From: an uncultured Prevotellaceae bacterium
GTDB lineage: Bacteria > Bacteroidota > Bacteroidia > Bacteroidales > Bacteroidaceae
Assembly (NCBI GenBank): GCA_900317635.1
Contig: ONHN01000012.1
Location: 199-64,198, forward strand
Direction of reading: 5' to 3'
DNA length: 64,000 nt
The position numbers and the translations under genes are program-made. The notes beneath the pieces were generated by a model. That model saw only the letters and a program-made list of their open reading frames with translations, was not told where the DNA came from and ran no database searches. This document shows, one piece after another, positions 8,776 through 18,458 of this stretch. Positions within the stretch are counted from its first letter, which is position 1. Every line of letters starts with the position of its first letter.

Positions 8776-9804
8776 TCAATACCAAAAGTCGGCGCAAAGC
8801 GGCAAGTGGTCGGAAATTCCGCCTTGATAGAACGTGCCGAGGTAGGTACGGAAGGGCGCAGGCCGTTTCCCGTCGTTGCCTTCCTTTAACAAGAACGGGA
8901 AGGTGAGTATTTGGCACGTTCGCTCGCTGCGCAAGGGCGACGTGTTGGAAAGCAGCGTGCCGCTAACGAAGATATGGTCGAGCTCATACCAGCGCCCCCG
9001 CCAGCTGTAGGTGCCGTCCACATCGCGGCGGGCGGAAAGCGGACGGAGTTCGTAGAGGCGGTCTGCCTTGACGCGCTTCGTGCCCTCGGGCGCAAACGCA
9101 GCACCCAGCGTGCGGCGCAACGGACGGTTTTTCGACTCGTCGTTGAAGTCGCCCGTGCAAACGATGAGCGGATGCTGCCGCAGGCGGAAAAGGCTGTCGG
9201 TGGAATGGTGCAAAATGCGCGCTGCCACTTCGCGGTTGGGTTGCGATGCGCGCCGCCCTCCACTGCGGCTGGGCGTGTGGCAAACGAAGACGTCGAGCGT
9301 ATCGCCAGTTGCCAAGCGACCCGCCACGTGCAGGATGTCGCGAGTAGGGCGTTTACCCGCAGTCAGCGGCACGGCGATGGTGTCGATGCTGACGGGACTA
9401 AACGTCAGCGGCTGGTAGAGCAGTGCCACGTTGATGCCGCGCACGTCGGGCCCCGACGTACATATATATTTATAGCCCAGGCGGGCCAAGTGGGTGCGGC
9501 ACGTCAGGTCGTAGAGCACGCTGTCGTTCTCCACCTCGCAAAGGGCAATCAAGTCAGCCGGCACTTCGCCGCCCGCAGCGGCATAGAGGCGCGCCAGGCG
9601 CCCCTGCTTGCTCCAATAGCGGCGGCTGTCCCACTGGTAGTTGCCCACTGGCGTAAATTCAACATCTTGTTTACCTTCGGCGTGGAGCGTGTCGAAGAGG
9701 TTCTCCACGTTGTGCTCAACGATGCGGAAACGGCGTTGCGCCAGTTGCGCCGAGCATTGAAGCGAAAGAGCAAAGAGGCCGCAAAGAAAAAAGAAGTGTT
9801 TCAT
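8776..9804 (-). CDS. Endonuclease/exonuclease/phosphatase family protein, exported
   Basis: Signal peptide; NVENLFDT, LCEVEN, GDFND, LDHIFVS, SDHLP motifs. Confidence 0.88.
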   Translation of the reverse strand: MKHFFFLCGLFALSLQCSAQLAQRRFRIVEHNVENLFDTLHAEGKQDVEFTPVGNYQWDSRRYWSKQGRLARLYAAAGGEVPADLIALCEVENDSVLYDLTCRTHLARLGYKYICTSGPDVRGINVALLYQPLTFSPVSIDTIAVPLTAGKRPTRDILHVAGRLATGDTLDVFVCHTPSRSGGRRASQPNREVAARILHHSTDSLFRLRQHPLIVCTGDFNDESKNRPLRRTLGAAFAPEGTKRVKADRLYELRPLSARRDVDGTYSWRGRWYELDHIFVSGTLLSNTSPLRSERTCQILTFPFLLKEGNDGKRPAPFRTYLGTFYQGGISDHLPLCADFWY

Positions 9805-9813
9805 CGGGATGTT

Positions 9814-10287
9814 TCAGTCGTTATGATATGGTTCGCCGCGAAGTATGGTCATAGCGCGGTAGAGTTGTTCGACGAGGAAGGGACGCACCATCTGGTGGTT
9901 GAACGTTAGGCGCGAGAGCGACAATTTGTCAGCAGCGGCGGCATACATCCCCTCGGAAAAGCCGTAAGGCCCACCAATGATGAAGACGAGGCGGCGCGGT
10001 GCAGCGTTCATGCGGCGCTGCATCCATTGCGCCAACTCGCGACTGGTCAGCTCAGCCCCGTGCTCATCGAGCAGCACGATGCAGTCGCCCGCTTGCAGCA
10101 GCTTCTTTATCTCCGCCTCTTCGCGGCGTTTCTGTTCGGAAGCATCAAGTCCGCGCGTATTCTTCAGCGCAGGCACCACGGCCGTCTCTACGGTCAGGTA
10201 GTGGCGCAAGCGCGAGAGGTAGTCGTCCGTCAAAGCCGCAATGTGCTTATCTGCCGTCTTTCCAACGGCAATTAAGAGAGTCTTCAT
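9814..10287 (-). CDS. rlmH: 23S rRNA m3Psi1915 methyltransferase RlmH
   Basis: MKTLLIAVGKT...FIIGGPYGF...FNHQMVRPFLVEQLYRAMTILRGEPYHND. Confidence 0.95.
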   Translation of the reverse strand: MKTLLIAVGKTADKHIAALTDDYLSRLRHYLTVETAVVPALKNTRGLDASEQKRREEAEIKKLLQAGDCIVLLDEHGAELTSRELAQWMQRRMNAAPRRLVFIIGGPYGFSEGMYAAAADKLSLSRLTFNHQMVRPFLVEQLYRAMTILRGEPYHND

Positions 10288-10372
10288 TCGTTCGCAGTAT
10301 GTTTTTGGCCGTAAAATTAGGAATTTCCTCGCAAATTTTGTATCTTTGCAGCAAGAAAAATCTAAACATCCC

Positions 10373-11224
10373 ATGTACACCATAGAACAACTCAACGACC
10401 AACTCATCGACCTCGCCTTTAGCGAAGACATTGGCGACGGCGACCACACCACCCTTTGCTGCATCCCCGAAGAAGCTGAAGGCTCTTCGCGCCTGCTGAT
10501 AAAGGAAGAAGGCATCTTGGCTGGCGTGCGCATCGCGCGCGAGATATTCCACCGCTTCGACCCCACGCTGAAGATGGAAGTGTTCATCGAAGACGGCGCC
10601 CACGTCAAGCCCGGCGATGTGCCTTTCATCGTGAGCGGAAAAATTCGCAGTCTGCTGCAAACGGAGCGCCTCATGCTCAACGTCATGCAGCGTATGAGCG
10701 GTATTGCCACCATCACCGCAAAATACGTCGAACGCCTCGAGGGGACGAAGACACGCGTCCTCGACACGCGCAAGACGACCCCTGGCATGCGCATGCTGGA
10801 GAAAGAAGCCGTCAAGATTGGCGGCGGCGTGAACCACCGCATCGGGCTCTTCGACATGATCCTGCTGAAAGACAACCACGTTGACTTCTGCGGCGGCATC
10901 GATAACGCCCTGAACCGCTGCGCCGAGTACCAGAAGGAGCGCGGGCTGAAGCTGAAAGTGGAAATCGAGGTGCGCTCGTTCGACGAAATAGAGCAGGTCA
11001 TGCGCAACGGCAAGGCCGACCGCATCATGCTCGACAACTTCAGTGTTGCCGACACGCGCCGCGCCGTGGAACTCATCGCAGGCCGTTTCGAAACAGAAAG
11101 CAGCGGCGGCATTACGCTCGACACCATTCGCGACTATGCCCTTTGCGGCGTCGACTACGTCAGTGTGGGCGCACTCACCCATTCCGTGAAGGGACTAGAC
11201 ATCTCCTTCAAGTCGGTGAAGTAA
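10373..11224 (+). CDS. nadC: Quinolinate phosphoribosyltransferase
   Basis: EDIGDGDHTT, LDTRKTTPG, HRIGLFD, KDNH, IMLDNF, SVGALTH motifs. Confidence 0.95.
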   Translation: MYTIEQLNDQLIDLAFSEDIGDGDHTTLCCIPEEAEGSSRLLIKEEGILAGVRIAREIFHRFDPTLKMEVFIEDGAHVKPGDVPFIVSGKIRSLLQTERLMLNVMQRMSGIATITAKYVERLEGTKTRVLDTRKTTPGMRMLEKEAVKIGGGVNHRIGLFDMILLKDNHVDFCGGIDNALNRCAEYQKERGLKLKVEIEVRSFDEIEQVMRNGKADRIMLDNFSVADTRRAVELIAGRFETESSGGITLDTIRDYALCGVDYVSVGALTHSVKGLDISFKSVK

Positions 11225-11249
11225 CGTCCCCCCACCAAGTTTACCCATA

Positions 11250-11298
11250 CAGCGAAGCCTCGGGAGCGCGCCAGCACGCGCACTCCCGAGGCTTTCTG
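11250..11298 (+). terminator. Intrinsic terminator after nadC
   Basis: AAGCCTCGGGAG...CTCCCGAGGCTT stem with a short T run. Confidence 0.6.
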
Positions 11299-11378
11299 TG
11301 CGCACAGCGCGCCGGCGGCAAGACGCAGCGGCCTACACGAAAATGCCTTTGCGAGACACGAGGATGCCCCCTGCGAAA

Positions 11379-11471
11379 TTCCATGCGGAGATGGAATAAA
11401 TTCCACGCCCGCATGGACTCCGTTCCATCCCCGCATGGAATCCGCTCCATCCCCGTATGGAATTTGTTCCA
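11379..11471. repeat. Tandem array of 22-bp palindromic units (TTCCA-n7-ATGGA), five units
   Basis: (T/C)TCCA at 11379, 11401, 11423, 11445, 11467; ATGGA at 11391, 11413, 11435, 11457. Confidence 0.85.
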
Positions 11472-11661
11472 CCGCCCATGCCCATAGACGTGGAAAGTAC
11501 CACCAAAATGGCGAAAAGCCAGCAAAAAATGGGGCGCGCCTGCTGATTTTTCCTTAAAAACTGTGCCGTTCAGAAAGAAATGTCTATATTTGCGTATAAA
11601 TAGGCCACTGAGGAGTTCCCAGCAAGCACAGGATACCTCTTTCGCCACAACCTTTTACGCT

Positions 11662-12141
11662 ATGAAATCCCTTCAACTAACCATCCGCTACGATGCCATT
11701 CCCGAGCAGGAGCTTACGGGCGACGACTTGCGCCTCGTCGAGCGCGCCAAGGCCGCCACGCAAACCAGCTTCTCGCCCTACAGCCACTTCCGCGTAGGTG
11801 CAGCCATCTTGTTGGAAAACGGCGAAATCGTTTCGGGCAGCAACCAGGAAAACGCTTCCTTCACCACGGGCACGTGCGCCGAGCGCTGCGCCATGTTCTA
11901 TGCCAACGCGCGCTACCCCGACGTAGCTCCCGTGGCCATCGCCATAGCCTGCTACTACGGCGGCAGCTTCACGCCCGAACCTGGTGCGCCCTGCGGCGCA
12001 TGCAGGCAGGTGCTCTCGGAGGTAGAACACCGCTACGGGCGCGACCTACGCGTCCTGCTCTATGGTGCCAACCACACCTATGCCTTTGAGTCGATGGCCG
12101 AACTCGTTCCCTTCCAATTCAACGCCAGCAACCTCGAATAA
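11662..12141 (+). CDS. cdd: Cytidine deaminase
   Basis: PYSHFRVGAA, NQENAS, CAER, PCGACRQ zinc motifs. Confidence 0.95.
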   Translation: MKSLQLTIRYDAIPEQELTGDDLRLVERAKAATQTSFSPYSHFRVGAAILLENGEIVSGSNQENASFTTGTCAERCAMFYANARYPDVAPVAIAIACYYGGSFTPEPGAPCGACRQVLSEVEHRYGRDLRVLLYGANHTYAFESMAELVPFQFNASNLE

Positions 12142-12148
12142 CGCCCCC

Positions 12149-13438
12149 ATGAAACCCCTTGCCGAACGTTTGCGCCCAACGAGCCTTGCCGACTACATTG
12201 GGCAGCGCCACCTCGTAGGCGAGCAGGGAGTACTGCGCCGCATGCTCGACACGGGACGCGTGGCTTCGTTCATCCTTTGGGGACCGCCTGGCGTGGGCAA
12301 AACAACGCTGGCAAAGATTGTAGCCACACAGCTCGACGTTCCCTTCTACACGCTCTCGGCCATCAACGCGGGCGTGAAAGACGTGCGCGACGTGATTGAG
12401 TCGGCGCGCAAAGGCCGCTTCTTCTCTCAGCAAAGCCCCATCCTCTTCATCGACGAAATACACCGCTTCTCGAAGTCGCAACAAGACAGCCTGCTGGCCG
12501 CCGTGGAGCAAGGCGTTGTGACGCTCATCGGAGCCACGACGGAGAACCCCTCGTTTGAGGTAATCCGTCCGCTGCTAAGCCGCTGTCAGGTCTATGTGCT
12601 CAAGAGTTTGGGCAAAGAAGAGTTGCTGCAACTGCTCGATCGCGCCCTCACCACCGACGAGACGCTAAAGGCCATGAACATCGAGCTGCGCGAAACCGAC
12701 GCCCTGCTGCGCTACAGCGGCGGCGATGCACGCAAGCTGCTCAACATCCTCGACCTGCTCTGCGCCGCAGCCCCCGAGGGCAACGCGCCGCTCGTCATCG
12801 ACAACACCACCGTCAGCCAGCGCCTGCAACAAAACCCGCTGGCCTACGACAAAGACGGCGAGATGCACTACGACATCATCTCGGCCTACATCAAGAGCCT
12901 GCGCGGCAGCGACCCCGACGCGGCCCTCTACTGGTTGGCGCGCATGATAGAAGGCGGCGAGGACCCTAAGTTCATAGCACGTCGCCTGCTTATCAGTGCC
13001 GCCGAAGACGTAGGCCTTGCCAACCCCAACGCGTTGCTGCTGGCCAACGCCGCCTTCGAAGCCGTTCAGAAGCTGGGCTGGCCTGAAGGCCGCATCCCGC
13101 TGTTTGAGGCCACCGTCTATGTCGCCACCAGCCCGAAAAGCAACAGTGCCTACCTTGCTGGCGATGCCGCCCTCGCCTTGGTGCGCAAAACGGGCAATGC
13201 GCCCGTACCCCTGCACCTGCGCAATGCGCCCACAAAACTCATGAAGGAGCTGGGCTACGCCGACGGCTACATCTATCCGCACGACTATTCAGGCCACTTC
13301 CACCGTCAGCAATACCTGCCCGACGAGCTGCAAGGCACGCGCCTCTGGGAACCCGCCGACAACCCCGCCGAGCAGCGACACGCCGACCGCATGCGTGCGC
13401 TTTGGGGCAACCATGAAGATGATGGAAGTAAGGCATAA
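12149..13438 (+). CDS. rarA: Replication-associated recombination protein A (MgsA/RarA AAA+ ATPase)
   Basis: KPLAERLRP, GPPGVGKTT, FIDEIHRF, GATTENP, KSLRGSDPDAA, HLRNAPT. Confidence 0.95.
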   Translation: MKPLAERLRPTSLADYIGQRHLVGEQGVLRRMLDTGRVASFILWGPPGVGKTTLAKIVATQLDVPFYTLSAINAGVKDVRDVIESARKGRFFSQQSPILFIDEIHRFSKSQQDSLLAAVEQGVVTLIGATTENPSFEVIRPLLSRCQVYVLKSLGKEELLQLLDRALTTDETLKAMNIELRETDALLRYSGGDARKLLNILDLLCAAAPEGNAPLVIDNTTVSQRLQQNPLAYDKDGEMHYDIISAYIKSLRGSDPDAALYWLARMIEGGEDPKFIARRLLISAAEDVGLANPNALLLANAAFEAVQKLGWPEGRIPLFEATVYVATSPKSNSAYLAGDAALALVRKTGNAPVPLHLRNAPTKLMKELGYADGYIYPHDYSGHFHRQQYLPDELQGTRLWEPADNPAEQRHADRMRALWGNHEDDGSKA

Positions 13439-13504
13439 AGCACACTGCCATCACGCGCCTGCTCCTAAACCAAACTACTGACATCTATCCAACGTTCACA
13501 CACT

Positions 13505-13711
13505 ATGAGAAAAGCCGACCATCGAGAAATACAGCAAGCCATCACCGAAGGCATCGTGTTTCGCGGAGCCAAGTTGCGCGCGCCTGCCGCCACGGACAAG
13601 CCCAAGACGAAAGCTAAGAAAAAAGCCTACATCACGGGGGCCCACGGCAGCGGCTCAGCCCGCAAGAAAGCCCAAATACGCCAAGCACGCGCCAATAGAC
13701 ACAAGAAATAA
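13505..13711 (+). CDS. Small highly basic hypothetical protein (68 aa)
   Basis: ATG after an A/C-rich leader; fills the gap between co-oriented genes; K/R-rich with YITGAHGSGS. Confidence 0.7.
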   Translation: MRKADHREIQQAITEGIVFRGAKLRAPAATDKPKTKAKKKAYITGAHGSGSARKKAQIRQARANRHKK

Positions 13712-13749
13712 TCTGCTTACGCCCACAACCTACAAGTCATCATAGCCTT

Positions 13750-15042
13750 ATGAAAAAGTTCTTTGCCTTGCTGCTACTTGCAGTTTGCGTCAGCGTTGGC
13801 ACACTGTGCGCCAACGACAGCATGTACTACACCTCGGGCACGCAACTCGTACCGCTGCAAGCCACCGACATCAGTCTGCAAAAAGAGGTGCTGACCATCA
13901 ACATCCTTCCCGACGGCACAGCCAGCATCGACGTGCAATACGTGCTGTACAACCCCGGTGCTAAGCGCACCATCACGATGGGCTTCGAGGCCGACCCGCC
14001 CTACATGGGCGAAGGCTATCGCGCCGACGGCATCCACCCCTACGTCAACGACTTTAGTGTGGAAATAAACGGCAACAAAACGCCCTTCCGCAACGCCGTC
14101 GTCAGGCTGGGCTGCATCGAACAAGAGCAAAAGATACAAGCGTTCAACACGCAGCAGTGGACCACCAACTTCCCCAACAACGACGAAGGCTACGACATGC
14201 AGTCCGTGCTCTACAACGCCGAACTCGACAGTGCTGCCGACTATGCCTACGCCTACTACTTTGAAGCTACCTTCCTGCCAGGCCGCAACACCATCCACCA
14301 CACCTACCGCTACCAAATGGACGACAGCGTAGATGCGCATTACGGCATCAACTACAAGCTGACGCCCGCCCTGCGTTGGGCCAACAAGCAGATAGACGAC
14401 TTCACGCTCATCATCAGCGGCGGCAACAGCGTGAGGATGTTCTTCCTTAACAACAGTGCCTTTGGCTCCCCCAATCCCAGCTTCAGCATCGCCGGCACAG
14501 GTCTGCAACGCACCTTCGACCGCCCCGACTACGACTACGAAGAAGGCGAAGCCAAGGAGACGGGCCGCGCCTACTACACGGCCTTCAGCCTGCGCGGCGC
14601 CACCGTCACGTTCCACCAAACGAACTTCCAACCCGCCGCCGAACTGCACATTCAGTCTGCCGATGCCTACGAAATGGTGCACAACGAAGTGGAATACGAC
14701 GGGACGGAACAAAAATGGCGCGACAACAACGCCCTCCTCGTAGCCAACTACTACGACAGCGACTACGGCTGCAAGAGCCTCTTTGCCCTTGGAGGCGTGG
14801 AAGACACGCTGACAGACCGCTTCAACTTCTTCTTACCCGACGGCGACTATATCGACGCTGACCGCATCCTGCGCAACATGCCCTTTGCCGCCCGTGGCTA
14901 CGTCTTCAAAAACAAAGACTTGCAAAGCTTCTTCAGCCACTGCTGGTGGTACATGCCCGACCCGTCCTACGTAGCCGACTTCGACAAGCTCAACCCCAAA
15001 GAGCGCGAGTTTATCAAGGAAGTTGACAAGAGTAAGCACTAA
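13750..15042 (+). CDS. Exported YARHG-domain protein (DUF4424-like N-terminus)
   Basis: Signal peptide; C-terminal ILRNMPFAARGYVFKNKDLQSFF...WYMPD resembles a YARHG domain. Confidence 0.8.
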   Translation: MKKFFALLLLAVCVSVGTLCANDSMYYTSGTQLVPLQATDISLQKEVLTINILPDGTASIDVQYVLYNPGAKRTITMGFEADPPYMGEGYRADGIHPYVNDFSVEINGNKTPFRNAVVRLGCIEQEQKIQAFNTQQWTTNFPNNDEGYDMQSVLYNAELDSAADYAYAYYFEATFLPGRNTIHHTYRYQMDDSVDAHYGINYKLTPALRWANKQIDDFTLIISGGNSVRMFFLNNSAFGSPNPSFSIAGTGLQRTFDRPDYDYEEGEAKETGRAYYTAFSLRGATVTFHQTNFQPAAELHIQSADAYEMVHNEVEYDGTEQKWRDNNALLVANYYDSDYGCKSLFALGGVEDTLTDRFNFFLPDGDYIDADRILRNMPFAARGYVFKNKDLQSFFSHCWWYMPDPSYVADFDKLNPKEREFIKEVDKSKH

Positions 15043-15072
15043 CCCTATATAGTTTTAAGGGCTTATTGTTGC

Positions 15073-15293
15073 CGTAGCCGACACACTATGCTTAACGCCC
15101 CGTCGCTCGGAGCGATAGCTGAGAGCATCGTGGGAAGAAGGATGCAAACGGCAATGCGTCTGCGTAGCAGTCGCACAATATGGCAATTATGTCAAGGAGC
15201 GATAGCTACGCAGACGCAGCAGCGAGACACCACAACTACTCCACGATGCACTTTGAGTGCAACGGGGGCGTATTTGCTATGCTCGTAACTACG
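15073..15293. repeat. Nested palindromic REP-like element (family E)
   Basis: CGTAG...CTACG ends; inner inverted repeats GCATCGTGG/CCACGATGC and TGCGTCTGCGTAGC/GCTACGCAGACGCA; left end similar to 21393-21435. Confidence 0.7.
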
Positions 15294-15604
15294 TCTTTGT
15301 AGAGCAGAGCGAAGAGCAAAGAAAGCATGGTGCGGAAGCTCCAGCAGTTTTTTAGCACCCCTCCATACTCTTTTCTCTGCATCTTTTTCCCTGCATATTT
15401 CATACCGCAAAAGCGTTAACCCGCCGCTTTTAGCACTTTTTAGCACCTCTACTAAACAAAAATGCAACTTTTATACCATTTTTCATCAAAAAAGCTATAA
15501 CTTTGCAAGCAATATGAAGATAAGTAGCCATAGGGAGCCCGCTAAACGCCGATGTTTCGCCGCGCTCAAGGCGCCTTATCGTAAGCAATAATACCCTTCG
15601 CTAC

Positions 15605-15874
15605 GTGAAGCCTACTATCCCCACAGTGCTATGTCTTTCGGTGCTAATGGCCGCTGTAGCCTGCAAGCCGTCGGCCCCACCTGCAACGGAGACTGCCACC
15701 GATGGTGTTCCGCCTGCCTCTTCGCGCCCTGCGCCAACCGCATCGGAGCGCGATGACAGCACCTTTGCCGACACCACCAGGGCCGACACACTCAAGGTCG
15801 ACACAACGGCCACAGCCGAAGGTGCAAAGGCAAAAGCAAAGACCAAACAACGAAACAAACGCAGAAAGAAATAA
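15605..15874 (+). CDS. Small putative lipoprotein
   Basis: GTG start, lipobox-like AAVAC, low-complexity body and basic tail; lies downstream of promoter box 15498. Confidence 0.55.
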   Translation: MKPTIPTVLCLSVLMAAVACKPSAPPATETATDGVPPASSRPAPTASERDDSTFADTTRADTLKVDTTATAEGAKAKAKTKQRNKRRKK

Positions 15875-15894
15875 ATAAAACCACACATAACACC

Positions 15895-17079
15895 ATGAAG
15901 CAACTATACAATGGCCTCATCCTAAAAGACGGCAAATGGGAAAAAGATGCTTCCGTCATTGTCGACGGCAACAAAATTATCGCCATTGCCGACAACGAAC
16001 TCCCCATCGTAGGAGCCGAGCGCATCAACGCCCACGGCTGCTACATCGTGCCTGGCGGCATCGAACAGCACTGCCACGGCGGCGGAGGACGCGACTTTAT
16101 GGAAGGCACCGTTGAAGCGTTCCGCGTAGCAATTGATGCCCACATGCAGCACGGAACCACCTCGATCTTCCCTACCCTCTCCAGCAGCACGATGCCCATG
16201 ATCTACGATGCCGTAGAAGCAACGGAAGAACTGATGAAAGAAGAAAACTCGCCCGTGCTCGGCTTGCACCTTGAAGGCCATTACCTCAACATGGATATGG
16301 CTGGCGGCCAGATACCCGAAAACATCAAGAACCCCGACCCCGAAGAGTACATCCCCCTCTTGAACGGCACGTCCTGCATCAAGCGTTGGAGCACGGCCCC
16401 CGAGCTGCCTGGCACGGAAGAGTTCGGACGCTTTTGCGCCGCCCACGACGTGCTGAACGCCGTGGCCCATACGAAGGCTAACTACTCCGAGGTGAAGGCT
16501 GCCTACGACATTGGTTTCACCCACGCCAACCACTTCTACAACGCCATGCGCGGCTTCCACAAAAACCGCGAATACAAATACGAAGGCACCGTCGAGAGCG
16601 TGCTCGAAATTCAGAACATGACGGTAGAAATGATTGCCGACGGCATCCACGTGCCGCCCGTCATGTTGCGCATGGTCTATCAGATTAAAGGCGTTGAGCG
16701 CACGTCGCTCATCACGGACTCCTTGGCCGTGGCCGCCAGCAAGAGCATGCGCGCCTTCGACCCGCGCGTCATCATCGAAGACGGCGTTTGCAAACTCTCC
16801 GACCGTTCGGCCCTGGCTGGCAGCATTGCCACGATGGACCGCCTCGTACGCACCGCCGTGCAACAAGCCCAAATCCCCATGGCCGATGCCTGCCGCATGA
16901 TAAGCGAAACACCTGCTAAAATCATGAAGGTGTACAACCGCAAAGGTTCGTTAGAGAAAGGTAAGGACGCCGACATCATCATGTTCGACCAAGGCCAGCA
17001 ACTGAAATTCGTCATGGCCATGGGGCGCGTTGTTCGCAACGACCTTGAAACCGAAACATTCGAAGAAGACCCAAAATGA
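15895..17079 (+). CDS. nagA: N-acetylglucosamine-6-phosphate deacetylase
   Basis: HCHGGGG, GLHLEG, VAHT, HFYNAM, ADGIHV, LITD, LAGS motifs. Confidence 0.9.
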   Translation: MKQLYNGLILKDGKWEKDASVIVDGNKIIAIADNELPIVGAERINAHGCYIVPGGIEQHCHGGGGRDFMEGTVEAFRVAIDAHMQHGTTSIFPTLSSSTMPMIYDAVEATEELMKEENSPVLGLHLEGHYLNMDMAGGQIPENIKNPDPEEYIPLLNGTSCIKRWSTAPELPGTEEFGRFCAAHDVLNAVAHTKANYSEVKAAYDIGFTHANHFYNAMRGFHKNREYKYEGTVESVLEIQNMTVEMIADGIHVPPVMLRMVYQIKGVERTSLITDSLAVAASKSMRAFDPRVIIEDGVCKLSDRSALAGSIATMDRLVRTAVQQAQIPMADACRMISETPAKIMKVYNRKGSLEKGKDADIIMFDQGQQLKFVMAMGRVVRNDLETETFEEDPK

Positions 17080-17612
17080 TAGAAACCGAAGCCGCTCCCA
17101 CGGCTCAACCCTATAGTCCCTCCGTGCTCGACCTCATCAAAGTCAGCACGGAGGTTTGCCACACTTTAGAGCACGTCCGCGAACTCTCGCGCGAAGAGCT
17201 GGTTCGCCGCATGCTCGTCATGCTGCCGATGGTCTATCTGAAGGTGCAGCTCATTGGCAACGTGGACTCGCAACCAGGTTGGCGCCAGCAACGCCTGACG
17301 GAGGACGACTACAACTACATACGCGAAGGCGTCAGTGCGGTCATGGCCGAGCGCGACGACTACCTTGATGTCTTCGTGCAAGACTTCCGCTACAGCGATG
17401 CGCCCGTCCTGCAAACTATCAGCGAAAACCTTGCCGACATCTATCAGGCATTGCGCGAGCTGGTAGAATCATTCCGCGAGGGCGACGAAGAAGAAATGCG
17501 CCTCGCCCTCTACGAAGCCTTTGAGGACTTCAAGCTTTCGTGGGGACAAACTTTGCTCAACGCCCTACGCGCCCTCCACGATGCCACATACGGCGGACGC
17601 GAAGAAGAGTAA
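17076..17612 (+). CDS. DUF5063-like protein
   Basis: LPMVYLK...DDYLDVF...TISENLADIYQ...WGQTLLNALRALH; sits next to a 3'-5' exonuclease as in other Bacteroidales. Confidence 0.75.
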   Translation: MIETEAAPTAQPYSPSVLDLIKVSTEVCHTLEHVRELSREELVRRMLVMLPMVYLKVQLIGNVDSQPGWRQQRLTEDDYNYIREGVSAVMAERDDYLDVFVQDFRYSDAPVLQTISENLADIYQALRELVESFREGDEEEMRLALYEAFEDFKLSWGQTLLNALRALHDATYGGREEE

Positions 17613-17782
17613 AGTGAAAACCTATAAAACCGCAGCAGACAGAAGAAACCACGAAGCGGAAGATAATAGAGGCATAGCCCAAGAAGCCCCGCCTATCTTC
17701 GCACCCCTTCGCAAACGTTGCGCCCTTCGTGGTTCCCAGCAAACATAGCCATTCCCCCTCCGCTCCTAACATCCTCCTACTG

Positions 17783-18409
17783 ATGAAACGTTTATACCGA
17801 AAAATCGACAAGGAGCTTATTCCCAATATGCCTCGCCTCAAATTTGAAGGACGCATCTACACCATACAGAGTGCGTCTGAGGCCGAACGCGCAGTGAACG
17901 CGCTACGAGGCGAACCTATTGTGGGCATCGACACCGAAACGCGGCCCTCGTTCCGCAAAGGACGCGTCAACACCGTGGCACTGCTGCAAGTATCCACCTA
18001 CGACCTCTGCTTCCTGTTCCGCCTCAACCACTTCGGCTTGACCCCGCCCGTGCGTGAGCTGCTTGAAGACGAAAAGCTCCTGAAGGTGGGCCTTTCGCTC
18101 CACGACGACAAGCACTCGCTCCTGCGCCGTGGTAATTTCCAACCTCGCAACTGGCTCGATCTGCAAGACTACGTAAAACTTCTGGGCATTGAGGACATGA
18201 GCCTACTGAAACTTTGCGCCAACGTCCTGGGACGCCGCATCTCGAAGACAGCGCGCCTATCAAACTGGGAGGCCGACGTGCTGACCGATGCACAAAAAAG
18301 CTACGCCGCCACCGACGCCTACGTCTGCCTACTGCTCTACGACGAACTCCGCCAACTGCGACGCACGGGGGAGTATGAGGTGATTGACGCGCCAGCAACA
18401 AGTGCTTAG
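17783..18409 (+). CDS. 3'-5' exonuclease (DnaQ-like, WRN-exo type)
   Basis: VGIDTETRP, LLQVS, SNWE...YAATDA motifs. Confidence 0.9.
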   Translation: MKRLYRKIDKELIPNMPRLKFEGRIYTIQSASEAERAVNALRGEPIVGIDTETRPSFRKGRVNTVALLQVSTYDLCFLFRLNHFGLTPPVRELLEDEKLLKVGLSLHDDKHSLLRRGNFQPRNWLDLQDYVKLLGIEDMSLLKLCANVLGRRISKTARLSNWEADVLTDAQKSYAATDAYVCLLLYDELRQLRRTGEYEVIDAPATSA

Positions 18410-18458
18410 TTGAGATAAGATTTTGCTACCAAAATAACAAATGACTGACATTCTCCTC

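Noticed and set aside
9814-11127. Long ORF-track entries that extend real genes (437-aa ORF over rlmH; also 5380-6717 and 31237-32898)
   Set aside because: The N-terminal extensions are antisense shadows of nadC, ftsY and the AraC gene. The recognisable proteins start at 10287, 5842 and 31908, and -7 promoter boxes lie just upstream of the latter two.
11379-11471. 22-bp array as a CRISPR array
   Set aside because: The units are contiguous, with no 25-45-bp unique spacers.
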